The notes: generated by a model not told the origin, from the sequence alone. Counted from the stretch's first letter, positions 1 to 11,584 are shown. The stretch is DNA of 64,000 nt from Hemiscyllium ocellatum (GCF_020745735.1 NC_083412.1:59486320-59550319); one strand, 5' to 3'. Numbers and translations: made by a program.

Positions 1-240
1 GCATGGTACTCATCCACAAATTCTATCAACAAACACATCGACCTGGACCCAATATACCGGCCACTGCAGCTGACAGCAAGAACTGACAACCGGAAGCAGC
101 AGAGACAAACCATTATAAATGCCGGAGGAAAGATCACAGAAGCGCTTCATAGGAGGCTCCCAAGCACTGATGATGTCACCTAGACAGGGGACGAAACATT
201 TGCAACACAAACTCCCAGCTCGGCGAACAGAACCACAACA
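1..240 (+). mobile_element. Penelope-like element 3' end (family B), with a hammerhead-like motif at 167-200
   Basis: Same sequence family as 15170-15790 (GIY-YIG remnant), 24730-24845 and 31343-31720; contains CTGATGA-T-GTC...GAC-GAAAC. Confidence 0.65.
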
Positions 241-284
241 ATAAGTTTGAAGATGAAAGAAGTATTGTACAAAAGGATGTAGAT

Positions 285-990
285 AAGTTGTGAGTCGGCA
301 AAAATGTGCCAAATGTGGGAAAACGTGAAATTGTCCAATATGACAGGAAGAGTGGAAAAGAAGCATGTTGTCTAAATGGTGACACATTGAAGAGTCCTGA
401 GGTGCTGAGGGCTGTGCATGTTTTACTGCATGAATCATACAAGGTTGATATGCAGATACAGCAAATAATTAGCAAAGCTAATGGAATCTTATTATTTATC
501 ACAAGAGGAAGTAATTGTGAAAATAAGGTGGTTACTGCTTTAGTTAAACAGGTGAGACCACATCCAGAGTACTGTGTACAGTTCTGGCCACCTTACTTAA
601 GAAAACATGTAAATATGTTGGAAGTAATTCAGAGAAGTTTTATCAGACAAATACCTGGAATGGGCAGTAGTCTTATGAGCTGAAAATGTGTTGCTGGAAA
701 GGCGCAGCAGGTCAGGCAGCATCCAAGGAGCAGGAGAATCGACGTTTCGGGCATGAGCCCTTCTTCAGGAAGGCTCCAGCATCTGCAGTCCTCACTTTAT
801 CCTAGTAGTCTTATGTCGAAAGGTTGTACAGGTTAGGCTTATGTTCACTGGGAGTTAGAAGAGAAAGAGCTGACTTGCTTGAAACATATAAGATCCTAAG
901 GAGTTATGACAGGGTCTGTGTGGAGATAATGATTCCTCATTTGGAAAAATCTTGAATTCTGGTCACTGTTTATAAACTTCACTGATTTAA
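285..990 (+). mobile_element. Degenerate CR1 LINE RT C-terminal/3' fragment, interrupted by a Penelope-derived insert
   Basis: ORF 306-683 has CR1 motifs (VRPHPEYCVQFWPPYLRK, LEVIQRSF). Confidence 0.8.
678..803. mobile_element. Short Penelope terminal-repeat-derived insertion (inverted structure) with 12-bp TSD
   Basis: AGTAGTCTTATG at 666-677 and 804-815; intact hammerhead-like core on the minus strand at 741-768. Confidence 0.8.
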
Positions 991-1443
991 AACTGACATG
1001 AGACAGTTTGCATTTTCTCAGAGGCTCTTGAGGTTTTGCTTCTACCAACTTTTCAAGAAGAGAATTCCATAGTCCTTGAATATTTTTAAGGCAGAGCTGG
1101 ATTATTGGGAATGAAAATGATGATAACAAGAGGATAGGACAGGTTTATTAATAAAGGGATTCCATTTATCATGCACATTGAGGAGTTGAATCACCACAGG
1201 ATGTTGATGGCATTACATAGGTATTGTATTCTGCTGTAGGGTACAAATGCTGAGGTTTAGAGAATTGTGGTAGCGAGGCTTCATATGGGCTCCAGCAGGT
1301 TTGGTTCATAAATCACGCCAGCAACATTTGGAATATGACAGTCCTGATCCTTTCAATATCACAGAACTTGATAGTTGTTCATCACTTGCTGTAGTTTTTA
1401 GCCTTGGCTCAGGTAGTAAGGTTTTGTTCACACTTTACCCTGA

Positions 1444-1765
1444 GCCATGGTGGCTCAGTGGTTAGCGCTGCTGCCTCACCAGGGACCCAGGTTTGATTCC
1501 AGCCTTGGGCGACTGTCTGTGTGGAGTTTGTGCATTCTCCCCGTGACTGCAAGGGTTTTGTCCAGGTGCTTCGGTTTCCTCCCGCAATCCAAAGGTGTGC
1601 AGGTCAGGTGAATTGGCCATGCTGTTGTCCATAATGTTCAGGGGTGTGCAGGTTAGCTGCATTAGTCAGAGGAAGTGTAATAAGGTAGAGAAATGGGTCT
1701 GGGTGAAATACTCTTTGGAGGGTCAGTGCTGACTTGCTGGGCCAGACAGCCTGTTTCTACACTAA
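1444..1765 (+). mobile_element. HE1-type tRNA-derived SINE
   Basis: tRNA-like head GGTGGCTCAGTGGTTAGC...GGTTTGATTCC, conserved central TCTGTGTGGAGTTTG...GGTTTCCTCC domain, CR1-like tail; many similar copies in the window. Confidence 0.85.
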
Positions 1766-2189
1766 GATTTGTATGAATTTATGTGTATATTCTAGGCTAT
1801 TGTTTAATTGAAACAGGAGATTCCCACTCTTATATGATGTACTGGCTCAATGCAGCTGTAAAGGGCAAGTGGCAAGAACAGCCATTGAGAGCTGGTGACT
1901 TCTTTCCAGATACATTGTTGGGATCTGGTGATATGGCCAGCTGTTATTATTTATTACCTCTGGGTCCGAGTGGAATGGGAGTGGGAATGAGACCTGGTTA
2001 AAGCAGCCAGGAGCAGACACAAAGGCTACTTGAGTCATACCTGTTAAGTAACTTTCCAGTGAACTTTTGTGTCTTACTGAAAATCTCTACATGTAAGTTC
2101 AACAGTAACACTAGCATCATAGAGGCACCACAGAGGAGATCACTCAGTCCATCCAACATTACTGCTCTAAAAATAACAGATTAATAGTT

Positions 2190-2566
2190 ATTCATGAAGG
2201 TACTAGAGGCTGAGGGCTGACCTTATAGAGGTTTATAAAATCATGAGGGGCTTGGATAGGGTGAATAGCCAATGTCTTTTTGCTGAGATGGGGCAGTACA
2301 AAATGCGAGGGCATAGTTTTAAGAGTGGAGTGATACAAAAGAGGCCTGAGGGGCAACTTTTTCACACAGAGGGTGGTACGTGTATGGAATGAGCTGCCAG
2401 AGGAAGTGGTGGAGGCTGGTACAATTGCAACATTTAAAAGACATCCAGATAGGTAAACGAATAGGAAGGATTTAGAGGGATATGGGCCAAATGTTGGCAA
2501 ATGGGACTAGATGTATTGCGGATATCTGGTCAGCATGGATGAGTTGAATCGAAGGGTTTGTTTCTA
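2190..2566 (+). mobile_element. Older CR1 3' end, split by the younger CR1; its last bases resume at about 4996-5025
   Basis: CR1 C-terminal coding remnant and 3' UTR GAAGGGTTTGTTTC, continuing as GCTGTATATCCCTATGACTCTATGA after the insert. Confidence 0.75.
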
Positions 2567-4994
2567 CATAGAACATAGAACATAGAAGGATACAGCGCAG
2601 TACAGGCCCTTCGGCCCTCGATGTTGCGCCGACCGAGTCCTACCTAACCTATACTAGCCCAATAACTTCCAAATGCCTATCCAATGCCCGCTTAAATGAA
2701 CATAAAGAAGGAGAGTTCACCACTGATACGGGCAGGGCATTCCATGAACTCACAACCCGCTGTGTGAAGAATCTACCCCTAACATCTGTCCTATACCTAC
2801 CACCCCTTAATTTAAAGCTATGTCCCCTAGTAACACCTGACTCCATTAGCGGTAAAAGGTTCTTAGTATCTACCCTATCTAAACCCCTAATCATCTTATA
2901 CACTTCTATCAGATCTCCCCTAAACCTTCTCTTCTCCAATGAGAACAGCCCCAAGTGCCTCCGCCTTTCCTCATAAGATTTTCCTACCATTCCAGGCAAC
3001 ATCCTGGTAAACCTCCTCTGCACTCGTTCTAAAGCTTCCACATCCTTCCTATAGTATGGCAACCAAAACTGCACACAATAGTCCAGATGAGGCCTCACCA
3101 GAGTCTTATACAACTGCAACATGACCTCAGGACTCCGGAACTCAATTCCTCTGCCAATAAAGCCCAGTACACCATATGCCTTCCTCACAGCGCTATTTAC
3201 CTGGGTGGCAACTTTCAGAGATCTGTGTACATAGACACCAAGATCCCTCTGCTCATCCACACTACCAAGTAGCCTACCATTAGCCCAGTAATCCATCTTC
3301 TTGTTATTCCTACCAAAGTGAACGACTTCGCACTTAGCTACATTGAATTCCATTTGCCACATTTCCGCCCAGCTCTGCAACTTATCTATATCCCGCTGTA
3401 ACCTACCACTTCCTTCCTCACTATCCACAACTCCACCGACTTTCGTGTCATCCGCAAACTTGCTTACCCAGCTTTCAAGTCCTTCCTCTAGATCATTTAT
3501 AAAGATAACAAAAAGCAATGGTCCCAAAACAGATCCTTGTGGTACACCGCTAGTAACTGCGCTCCAAGATGAACATAATCCATCAACTACTACCCTCTGT
3601 CTCCTTCCAGCCAGCCAATTCCTAATCCAAACCTCTAATGTATCCTCAATGCCATACCTCCGAAGTTTTAGCATTAGCCTACCATGGGGAACCTTATCGA
3701 ACGCCTTACTAAAATCCATATACACAACATCTATTGCTTTACCCTCATCCACTTCCTTAGTCACCTTCTCAAAGAACTCAATAAGGTTTGTGAGGCACGA
3801 CCTGCCCTTCACAAAACCATGCTGGCTATCCCTGATCACGTTATTCCTACCCAGATGTTCATAAATCTTATCCCTTACCATTCTCTCTAAGACTTTGCCC
3901 ACCACTGAAGTCAGACTCACTGGCCTATAGTTACTAGGGCTATCCCTACTCCCTTTCTTGAACAATGGGACCACATTCGCTATCCTCCAGTCCTCTGGTA
4001 CTATTCCCGTTGACAATGACGACATAAAAATCCAGGCCAATGGCTCTGCTATCTCCTCCCTAGCTTCCCATAGGATCCTGGGGTAAATGCCATCAGGCCC
4101 AGGAGACTTATCTATATTCATCCTTTCCAATATTCCCAAAACCTCTTCCCTGCATATTTCCAGGGCATCCATTCTAATTATTTGTGATTCCATATTCACA
4201 TCAGCAACAGTGTCCTGTTCCTGAGTGAATACTGATGAAAAGTACTGATTTAATGTCTCTCCAATCTCCTCCGCCTCCACACACAACTTCCCACTACTAT
4301 CCTTGACTGGACCGATACCTACCCTAGTCATCCTTTTATTCTTGACATACCTATAGAAAGCCTTTGGGTTTTCCCTAATCCTACCAGCTAAAGACTTTTC
4401 ATGTCCCCTTCTCGCTTTTCTTAGCTCCCTCTTTAGCTCCTTCCTGGCTACCTTATAACTCTCAATCGCCCCTACTGAACCTTCACGCCTCATCTTTACA
4501 TATGCCGCCTTCTTCCCTTTCACAAGGGACTCCAATTCCTTACTAAACCACGGCTGCCTCACAAGGCCCTTTACACCATGCCTGACTGGTACATACCTAT
4601 CGAGGACACGCAGTAGCTGCTCCTTGAACAATCCCCACATCTCATTAGTGTTCTTCTCTTGAAGCCTGTTTTTCCAATCCACACAACCTAAGTCATGCCT
4701 CACTGCATCATAATTTCCCTGCCCCCAGCTATAGCTCTTGCCCTGCGGCGCACGATTATCCCTCTCCATCACTAAAGTAAAAGTCACCGAGTTGTGGTCA
4801 CTGTCCCCGAAGTGCTCACCTACCTCCAAGTCTAACACCTGGCCTGGTTCATTACCTAGAACCAAATCCAATATAGCCTCCCCTCTTGTTGGCCTGTCGA
4901 CATATTGTGTCAGGAAACCCTCCTGCACACATTGTACAAACACCGACCCATCTAATGAACTCGAGCTATAGCTCTCCCAGTCAATATCTGGGAG
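2567..4994 (-). mobile_element. Young 5'-truncated CR1 LINE with an uninterrupted 764-aa ORF2 segment (end of endonuclease plus full RT)
   Basis: ORF 2649-4943 has SDH, KSPGPDGI, YRPVSLTSV, QHGF, DFSKAFDKV, GVPQGSVLGP and FADD motifs; (ATAGAAC)n tail at 2567-2590. Confidence 0.97.
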
Positions 4995-5110
4995 AGCTGT
5001 ATATCCCTATGACTCTATGAGTAAGTGATATAAAATTTATTTAAACAGAAGTTAATAAATATATATTGGAAGATTTGTTTTTAAATGTATTATTTTCATT
5101 CCTTATGCAG

Positions 5111-5452
5111 AGACATTCACTTTAACCTGTGACCAGTATATCCATTCAGAGGTTGGTAAAGCTGTCACTCTCAAATGTTCCTTTGAGAGCCGTTCCAACA
5201 GTAACCCGGTCGTGATCTGGGAGAAGGTTGGCGAAAAACAAACCATCCACGAATACAGGGATAATCGAGATGACTTCAGTGAACAGCACAAGAACTACAC
5301 CAAGAGAACTGCAATCGCAGGCAATGCCGTCAACAGAGGAGATGCATCTCTTACTCTGAAGAATGTTAATGTTTGGGATGAAGGAACGTACAAGTGCTAT
5401 GTCAGCACCAACCATGGATTTGATGATGAAACAATTGAGCTGTCTGTATGGG
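5111..5452 (+). CDS. IgV exon of a B7/butyrophilin-family gene (resembles VTCN1/CD276/HHLA2 IgV), phase 1-1
   Basis: Acceptor TTTTCATTCCTTATGCAG (AG ends 5110), donor GTATGT at 5453; 342 bp; ETFTLTCDQYIHSEVGKAVTLKCSF...VIWEK...HEYRDNRDDFSEQHKNYTKRT...GDASLTLKNVNVWDEGTYKCYV; canonical C-W-C and the B7-type Q..Y..RT signature. Confidence 0.92.
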
Positions 5453-6649
5453 GTATGTCAGCTGTTCTGTTCTTTGTCTTTAATTACAATAATTTGTTTA
5501 AAGTTTTAATTTTTTACAATGATGGCCGATGACAACAAAGCGAAGGACAGATCTTATTTCTTATAGCAATGAGTTCTGATTTTTATCGAAAGGCAATAAT
5601 AATGGTGTCTCATCTGGATAGCTACACTAAGCAATAATGAAAATCTAATCTCTTAGTTCTATAGGATTCTCCTGGTCTCCCAGGTTGAGCCTATACCAGT
5701 AGAGTACAGAGTAATGAGAGCTGATCCTTTTGAAAATGAAATTCTATTGTAGATTGACAGGGTAGATATTGAGAGACTATCTCTCCCTTGTCAGAGGAGC
5801 CTAGAATAGGATAAACTGTTATTTTTAGAGTGTTAATTTTGGAATAGCCTTAATGGACTGTTCTATAATGACTATGTGACACTGAAATTTACTTTCAAAG
5901 ATTTTCAGCAAGACACAAAAGTTCTGTTGAAAGTCACCTCAAGGCATATGTCTCAACTACCCTGTGTGCCTACTTCTGGCAGCTTTAATTGTTCAAAAAT
6001 AATGGGTCTTTGTCTGCTTAGCTTTGTTATAGGGATGAGGAAGAATTTAGTCTCTCAGATGGTCATTCATATATGACATTCTCCCTGAGAGTGCAATTGA
6101 ATCATTGAAAATATTGAGGCTGAGTTACATTTTTTTGCTTCACAGATGAGTCAGGGTATGTGGGGGCAGGCAGGAAAATAAAGTTAAAGCTATTATTAGA
6201 AGAGCCATGATCTTATTTAATGGCGCAGCAGATCTAATGTGATGGATGGCCAATTCCCAGCTTCTATTTCTTAATCAACACGTGATCTTGCAGAAGGATC
6301 AGTGATTATACCATTTGTGCAGAATTCTCTACTGAAGCTGCAACGAGGGGGATCAAGAGATTAGTGGTGATGATGCAATTTGTCAAACTTCACCCTGTTC
6401 ATAGGTAGTCATTTGAACAATAACTCAATTCTGAAATTCTAATGAATCTAAATCCCTGATGTCCTTTCCAGAGTTGCTGAGGGAGAGAAGCTTTGTGAAT
6501 AAAAGCTAATAATTTGCATGGAAAAGCAGGGGATTGGTCTCTGTGTAAAAGATGATGTTCGTCAGATGTTAAAGGAACAAAAATATTTGAGCTGCTATTT
6601 GAACTCTATGGTAACAATAGAGGAAAATGAGAAAATGAAAGAGATTGAC

Positions 6650-7360
6650 AAGATTGAAAGTGAGCAGAAACCAAAAGAGAAAATGCTGGAAAATCTCAGC
6701 AGGTCAGGCAGCATCTGTAAGGAGAGAAAAGAGCTACTGACCCTTTGTTAAAGCTAAAAAAAAAGGGAGAAATAGGAAGGTATTTATACTAGAATGAGAG
6801 AAGGTGAGTCATGGCTCCAGATGCAAAGGTAGCAATAAAGAGGTGATAATGACAGTGCATAGAGAGATTATAGGGAGATTTGGAGCTGTGAATGACCAAA
6901 GCTGAAGCCAATGGGATGTGACAAAATATGGGGGGGATGGGTGAAGCAGAGGCAAAATGGAAAACAGGGGAGACGGGTAGCAAAGGGGGAAGAGGAGAGG
7001 AAAAAGATGATGTGAGAGTGGGAGCGAGAGAAAGAGAGACAATCAAGAAATAAGAGGTACAGAACAGTGAAAAAAAAATGAACTGAAATAAAATTGCTGA
7101 GCAGAATGAAAACAGAGGAGTCGAGATGGGATAACCATCTGAAGTTGTTGAATTCAGTGTTGAGACCGGCAGGCTGTAACGTGCCTAGTCAGAAGATGAG
7201 ATGCTGTTTCCCCCAGTTTGTGTTGAGTTTCACTGGAACATTGCAGCAGGCCAAGGACAGACAAGAGGGCATGGGAGCAGGATTGTGTGTTGAAGTAGCA
7301 AGCCACGGGAAGGTCCAGGAATTCTGTACGCAATCAGTGTACAAACAGCAAATGACCTGA
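6650..7360 (-). mobile_element. Degenerate Penelope-like 3' region (endonuclease tail and terminal repeat)
   Basis: GCTGGAAAATCTCAGCAGGTCAGGCAGCATCTG terminal motif and purine-rich tract resembling the other Penelope copies. Confidence 0.5.
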
Positions 7361-7834
7361 TTTCTACATTATCAAATGGCTACTTTCAGTTTTAGATGCT
7401 TTGTTGGGGAGGGGTGAGAATGGATGGAGTGAGGGGAGAAAGAGAATGGATACAACTGGGAGGATCTTTGTGTCTGAGTAGGGGAACATGGGCCCCATCT
7501 GATCTCTTCTCTGACCCCATCTCTCTTTCTCCCCCACCACCCGATCTTTTCATTGCTGACTAATCTTTAAAAATGAAGGTAGTTAAAGTTATATATTCAG
7601 AAATATAACTAAAGTCTGAAAATGTATGAAATGATAGACATCAAAAGGTAAAGAGCCAGGCAAAATGCAAAAGAAGTTAAAGCATAGAGCCACAGACGCC
7701 ATCTGTAGGTACAGCCTTTTTCATACAGGCAGCCAGCCCAGTGACAGACACTTTTTAATAAATCTCATTCACTAACCCATGTGTAAACGTCTTCCTGGAG
7801 TAACTGTGCAGAATGTTTGGCATAGTTAATTAAG

Positions 7835-9092
7835 GAGAAAGTGAGGACTGCAGATGCTGGAGATCAGAGCTGAAAATGTGTTGCTGGAAAAGCGCAGCAG
7901 GTCAGGCAACATCCAAAGAGCAGGAGAATCGACGTTTTGGGCATGAGCCCTTCTTCAGGAATCAGAGATGAGTTCGGTGGAGCAGGAGCAGGCTGAGACA
8001 ATGGGTCGGCCGGGGCAGTCAAGTTTGTGGATTATGGGCAGGAGGTAGGAACGGGCGGTGCGGAGTTGTGGGACTATGAGGTTGGAGGCAGTGGGTGGGA
8101 GATCCTCTGAGGTGATGAGGTTATGGATGGTCTGGGAGATGATGGTTTGGCGTTGGGAGGTGGGGTCATGGTCAAAGGAGGAGGTGTCTGCGAGCTGGCG
8201 TTTAGCCTCAACAGTGTAAAGGTCGGTGCGCCAAACTACTACCGCGCCTCCCTAGTCTGCCGATTTGATAGTGAGGTTGGGGTTGGAACGGAGGGAGTGG
8301 AAGGTTGCACGTTCCGAGGGTGAGAGGTTGGAATGGGTGAGAGGGGTGGAGAGGTTGAGGCGGTTAATGTCCGGCGGCAGTTGGCTAGGAAGAGATCGAG
8401 GGCAGGTAAGAGGCCAACACGGGGTGTCCAGGTGGATGGGGTGTGTTGGAGGCAGGAGAAGGGGTCATCAGAGGGTGGGCGAGAATCCTGGTTGAAGAAG
8501 TAAGCTCGGAGGCGAAGGCGGAGGAAGAATTGTTCGATGTCTCGCCGTGTGTTGAACTCGTTAATCCGAGAGCGTAGGGGAATGAAGATGAGGCCTCTGC
8601 TGAGGACTGATCTTTCATCCTCAGAGAGGGGAAGGTCTGGAGGGATGGTGAAAACACGGCAGGGCTGGGAACTAGGACCTGGTGTGGGGTTGGAGCTGGG
8701 AGTGGGGGCAGGGTTGGGCGTGGGGGCGGGGACGGAGATCGGCGTGGGGGCGGGGTTAGACTTGCGGGCGGGGTGGAGATCGACGGGGCAGGTTTAGATT
8801 GCGGGCGGGGCGGAGATTGGTGTGGGGGCGGGGTTAGGCGTGGTGACGGTGATGGGCGTGGGGGTGGAGTTAGGCGTGGTGACGGTGGTCAGGGTGGGGG
8901 CGGAGACACATGCGGCGTAGTGGTTGTGCAGGCTAGTGATGTCACTAGGGGCGGAAGTGGCTGCGGCGACGGCAACGCAGGGGGCGGAAGTGGCTGCGGC
9001 GACGGCAGAAACCGTGTTCCTGAATAAACGTCGATTCTCCTGCTCTTTGAATGCTGCCTGACCTGCTGCGCTTTTCCAGCAACACATTTTAA
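7835..9092 (-). mobile_element. Internally deleted Penelope-like element with inverted terminal segments and 15-bp TSD
   Basis: GCATAGTTAATTAAG at 7820-7834 and 9093-9107; RT N-terminal remnant matching 57500-58040; GC-rich Thr/Pro-coding repeats at 8680-9010. Confidence 0.85.
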
Positions 9093-9527
9093 GCATAGTT
9101 AATTAAGCCATTGGAAAATGCTAATGAGCAAAGAGACCTCAGCGTCCATAAGAAAAGGACTCCTTAATGATGGTGGAGTAAGCTGATAATCCTGATTAAA
9201 AATATATATCCTTTCTTAGGACTATACATAGAACACTGTAATAAAACAAGGAGGTGGTGTTGGAAAATGGCCAGTCACTGGTTAGGTCTCAATTAGAGTA
9301 ACATGGACAACTCGGGGCATACCATTTCAGTAAAGATGTAAAAATCTGATAAACCTTTTATCAGATGCTATCAGAAATGTATTATTTCAGTTTTGTGGAG
9401 AGATTGAAAAGTTAAGAGATGATTAAAGGGTGGCCTAATCAAGATTTTCAAACTGATCAGGGGTTTTGATACAACAGTTTCTTTCTTGACTTACTCTATC
9501 CAGTGAGTGAGTCAGTAACTAGAAATC

Positions 9528-9702
9528 CGACATTTCGGGCATAAGCCCTTCTTCAGGAATTCCTGAAAGCCATTCCTGAAGAAGGGTTTATGCCCGAAAC
9601 GTCGAATTTCCTGTTCCTTGGATGCTGCCTGACCTGCTGCTCTTTTCCAGCAACACATTTTCAGCTCTGATCTCCAGCATCTGCAGACCTCACTTTCTCC
9701 TC
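9528..9702 (+). mobile_element. Short fold-back Penelope-derived insertion with 15-bp TSD
   Basis: CAGTAACTAGAAATC at 9513-9527 and 9703-9717; inverted arms of about 33 bp at 9528-9560 and 9572-9604. Confidence 0.85.
9572..9607 (+). ncRNA. Minimal type I hammerhead ribozyme-like motif in a Penelope terminal repeat
   Basis: ATTC-CTGAAGA-A-GGGT(TTAT)GCCC-GAA-ACGT-C-GAAT: 4-bp stem I, core, stem II, palindromic ACGT stem III, GUC triplet; one extra nucleotide before stem II. Confidence 0.6.
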
Positions 9703-10141
9703 CAGTAACTAGAAATCATAGATTTCAAATTATTTGTATTTGAGGAGGAGTGCAGACAATATTTTCAAATATTCAACAAATAAAATACCGTGGCTGGGAT
9801 CTAGGACATTGTAAAGAGGTTGAAGTTGATTCTATAAATCACGACAAGTAGCTGTTGGTCAAGTAGTTAAGGCTGATAAATCTGTTGGTTACAGGAAAGG
9901 CAGGGTTATGGCATTTGGCAAAACAACACTTTCCAAGTATTGAGACAACAGGCTGAATGACTTCATGTCTATAATCCTGCATGATTCTTTGGCACCTTTA
10001 TTTAACTTCAATCCAATAATATCATAATAATGCACTCGATAGTGCCTGGTAGTAACATTTTTATTTGCTCTGCAATAAATGAATCTGTTATAAGTAACCA
10101 CAGTGTATGAAATATCTTAATGGTTCTTATGAAAACTGTCA

Positions 10142-10392
10142 CAGTAGATCACCACCACCACCACCCCACACTGCCCCCCCCGTACCCGCAGGGGATACAT
10201 TCCAAGACTTGCTACGGAAGCCCGAAGCCACAGGTAGGAGTGAACCCATTTATTTAAATGGGAAATATACCATCCTGGCAGCACCCTGGTCCCTGGTTCC
10301 GGAACGTTTCCTATAATATGTTCAGGGCATGAAAATGATTCCACGGATTCTGGTTCATCCTATATATTGTAAAACCGGTTGCAGTTTAACTG
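10142..10392 (+). mobile_element. Tigger/pogo-like (Tc1-mariner superfamily) non-autonomous DNA transposon remnant
   Basis: CAGT...ACTG termini with TA on the right; internal GGGGATACATTCCAAGAC resembles Tigger/MER2-type terminal sequence as I recall it. Confidence 0.45.
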
Positions 10393-10485
10393 TATAATTT
10401 CTTTCAGGATGGCATGTTGAAAATCAGAAATTATTCATTTATACTGTTATTAGTTATTATAATAACCACTATTTTTTTTTCTTAG

Positions 10486-10773
10486 CAAAGGGTACTGGAG
10501 ATATCCACATCGTCTGGCAAACTAATGATGATAATGATGACGTGCTGACTTGCAAATATTCAGGCTTGTACCCAGTACCAGAGGTTAGCTGGAAAGACAC
10601 ACATGGCAATGATTTGGACAGCATTAGTGAAACATACCTGTCCAGGGATGAAAATGGATTATACCATGTGGAACGTAACCTGAAGAGGGAGCGTGAAGCC
10701 AAAAATCAATGTATCTGCTCCATACAGCACAAGTGGATGGCAAAGTCCAAGGCTGCTCGAGCTGTATTCACAA
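10486..10773 (+). CDS. IgC exon of the B7/butyrophilin-family gene, phase 1-1
   Basis: Acceptor TTTTTTTTTTCTTAG (ends 10485), donor GTGAGT at 10774; 288 bp; AKGTGDIHIVW...LTCKYSGLYPVPEVSWKD.HGNDL...DENGLYHV...CICSIQH; in frame with the V exon (TGG G|CA). Confidence 0.92.
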
Positions 10774-11241
10774 GTGAGTTTATTTCTGAGATCAATGTTG
10801 ATACTAAAGGTAACTTAAATTATTATATAAGTTGTGGAGAAGAAGCATGTTAATAAGCTGACCTTAGAAGCTGAGAAAGGACTATTCTGAATTTGTTTCT
10901 CTTTTAAATGTATTGGGTTGTATAAGATTTAGGGTTTGGAAGTCACAGATTATCCAAAATAAACAATTAAGAATTCATCAGCAATGTTAAGGTAGTTGAC
11001 TTATTTCTTAAGAAGCAATAATTTAGATGTGGTACATAACCTAATAGATAGAAAAAGATATACAACACATAACAGGTGAGAAAGATTGACTGGTACCAAA
11101 TGGGAATACTGGTTGGGGAAAGTATAGCAATGCTAATCTCCATAGCTGCTCAGAATAATGTACTGACCACAGATTGGACAATGGGATGGATGAAGCTGAG
11201 CTCCATAGCTGAAAGTGGTAGTCTCATCTGTTTGCCAACAG

Positions 11242-11288
11242 CAGGCTTCTTCTCTCTCTTTGTTCTTTTGCCCCATTGCCTTTGCTGA
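11242..11288 (+). CDS. Candidate terminal exon A of the B7-like gene (hydrophobic tail TGFFSLFVLLPHCLC*)
   Basis: Acceptor TCTCATCTGTTTGCCAACAG (NAGNAG); phase 1 gives a 15-aa hydrophobic C-terminus and stop at 11286-11288; no transcript support. Confidence 0.3.
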
Positions 11289-11531
11289 GATATCAGAAAG
11301 CTCAGTATCTTCTCTTAGGTGAGGGTTGAAAGTGGTTATTTTTTCTGTTATCTTCATTTTGTTTTGTTGAGCAAGACAGTTTTTTTGTTGTTGTTGCTTC
11401 CACCTGTCCAATGATGTCTTTGACAATGTGAAACTTATTAATGATAGGACTGGTTTTACACATTAAGACCTTGTAAGAAATTGAAAGCAGCAGCAATAGT
11501 AATATGTCTTTACATTTCCTTTTTTTTCCAG

Positions 11532-11584
11532 ATGGGCATGACATGATTCGTCTCGATGATGGAGAACCTTCTGCTGATTTATAA
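11532..11584 (+). CDS. Candidate terminal exon B of the B7-like gene (hydrophilic tail NGHDMIRLDDGEPSADL*)
   Basis: Strong acceptor TTTACATTTCCTTTTTTTTCCAG (ends 11531); phase 1 is open to TAA at 11582-11584. Confidence 0.45.

Noticed and set aside
1444-1520. tRNA genes at SINE heads (here and in other copies)
   Set aside because: A/B-box-like heads continue into SINE body and LINE-like tails; no complete cloverleaf.
1816-2001. Leader exon of the B7-like gene
   Set aside because: Short hydrophobic stretches exist but no combination of ATG, signal-like core and convincing phase 1 donor; left unassigned.
2567-2590. CRISPR-like or satellite array from ATAGAAC repeats and recurring 30-40 bp motifs
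   Set aside because: These are CR1 3' microsatellite tails and dispersed Penelope/SINE termini in a eukaryotic genome; no repeat-spacer periodicity.
8794-9096. Thr/Pro-rich ORF as a mucin-like stalk exon
   Set aside because: Opposite strand to both genes and inside a TSD-bounded Penelope insertion.
10099-10137. RSS-like CACAGTG, 23-bp spacer, ATGAAAACT
   Set aside because: Nonamer matches only 6 of 9, it lies in an intron of the B7-like gene, is not adjacent to a coding segment and has no 12-RSS partner; expected by chance.
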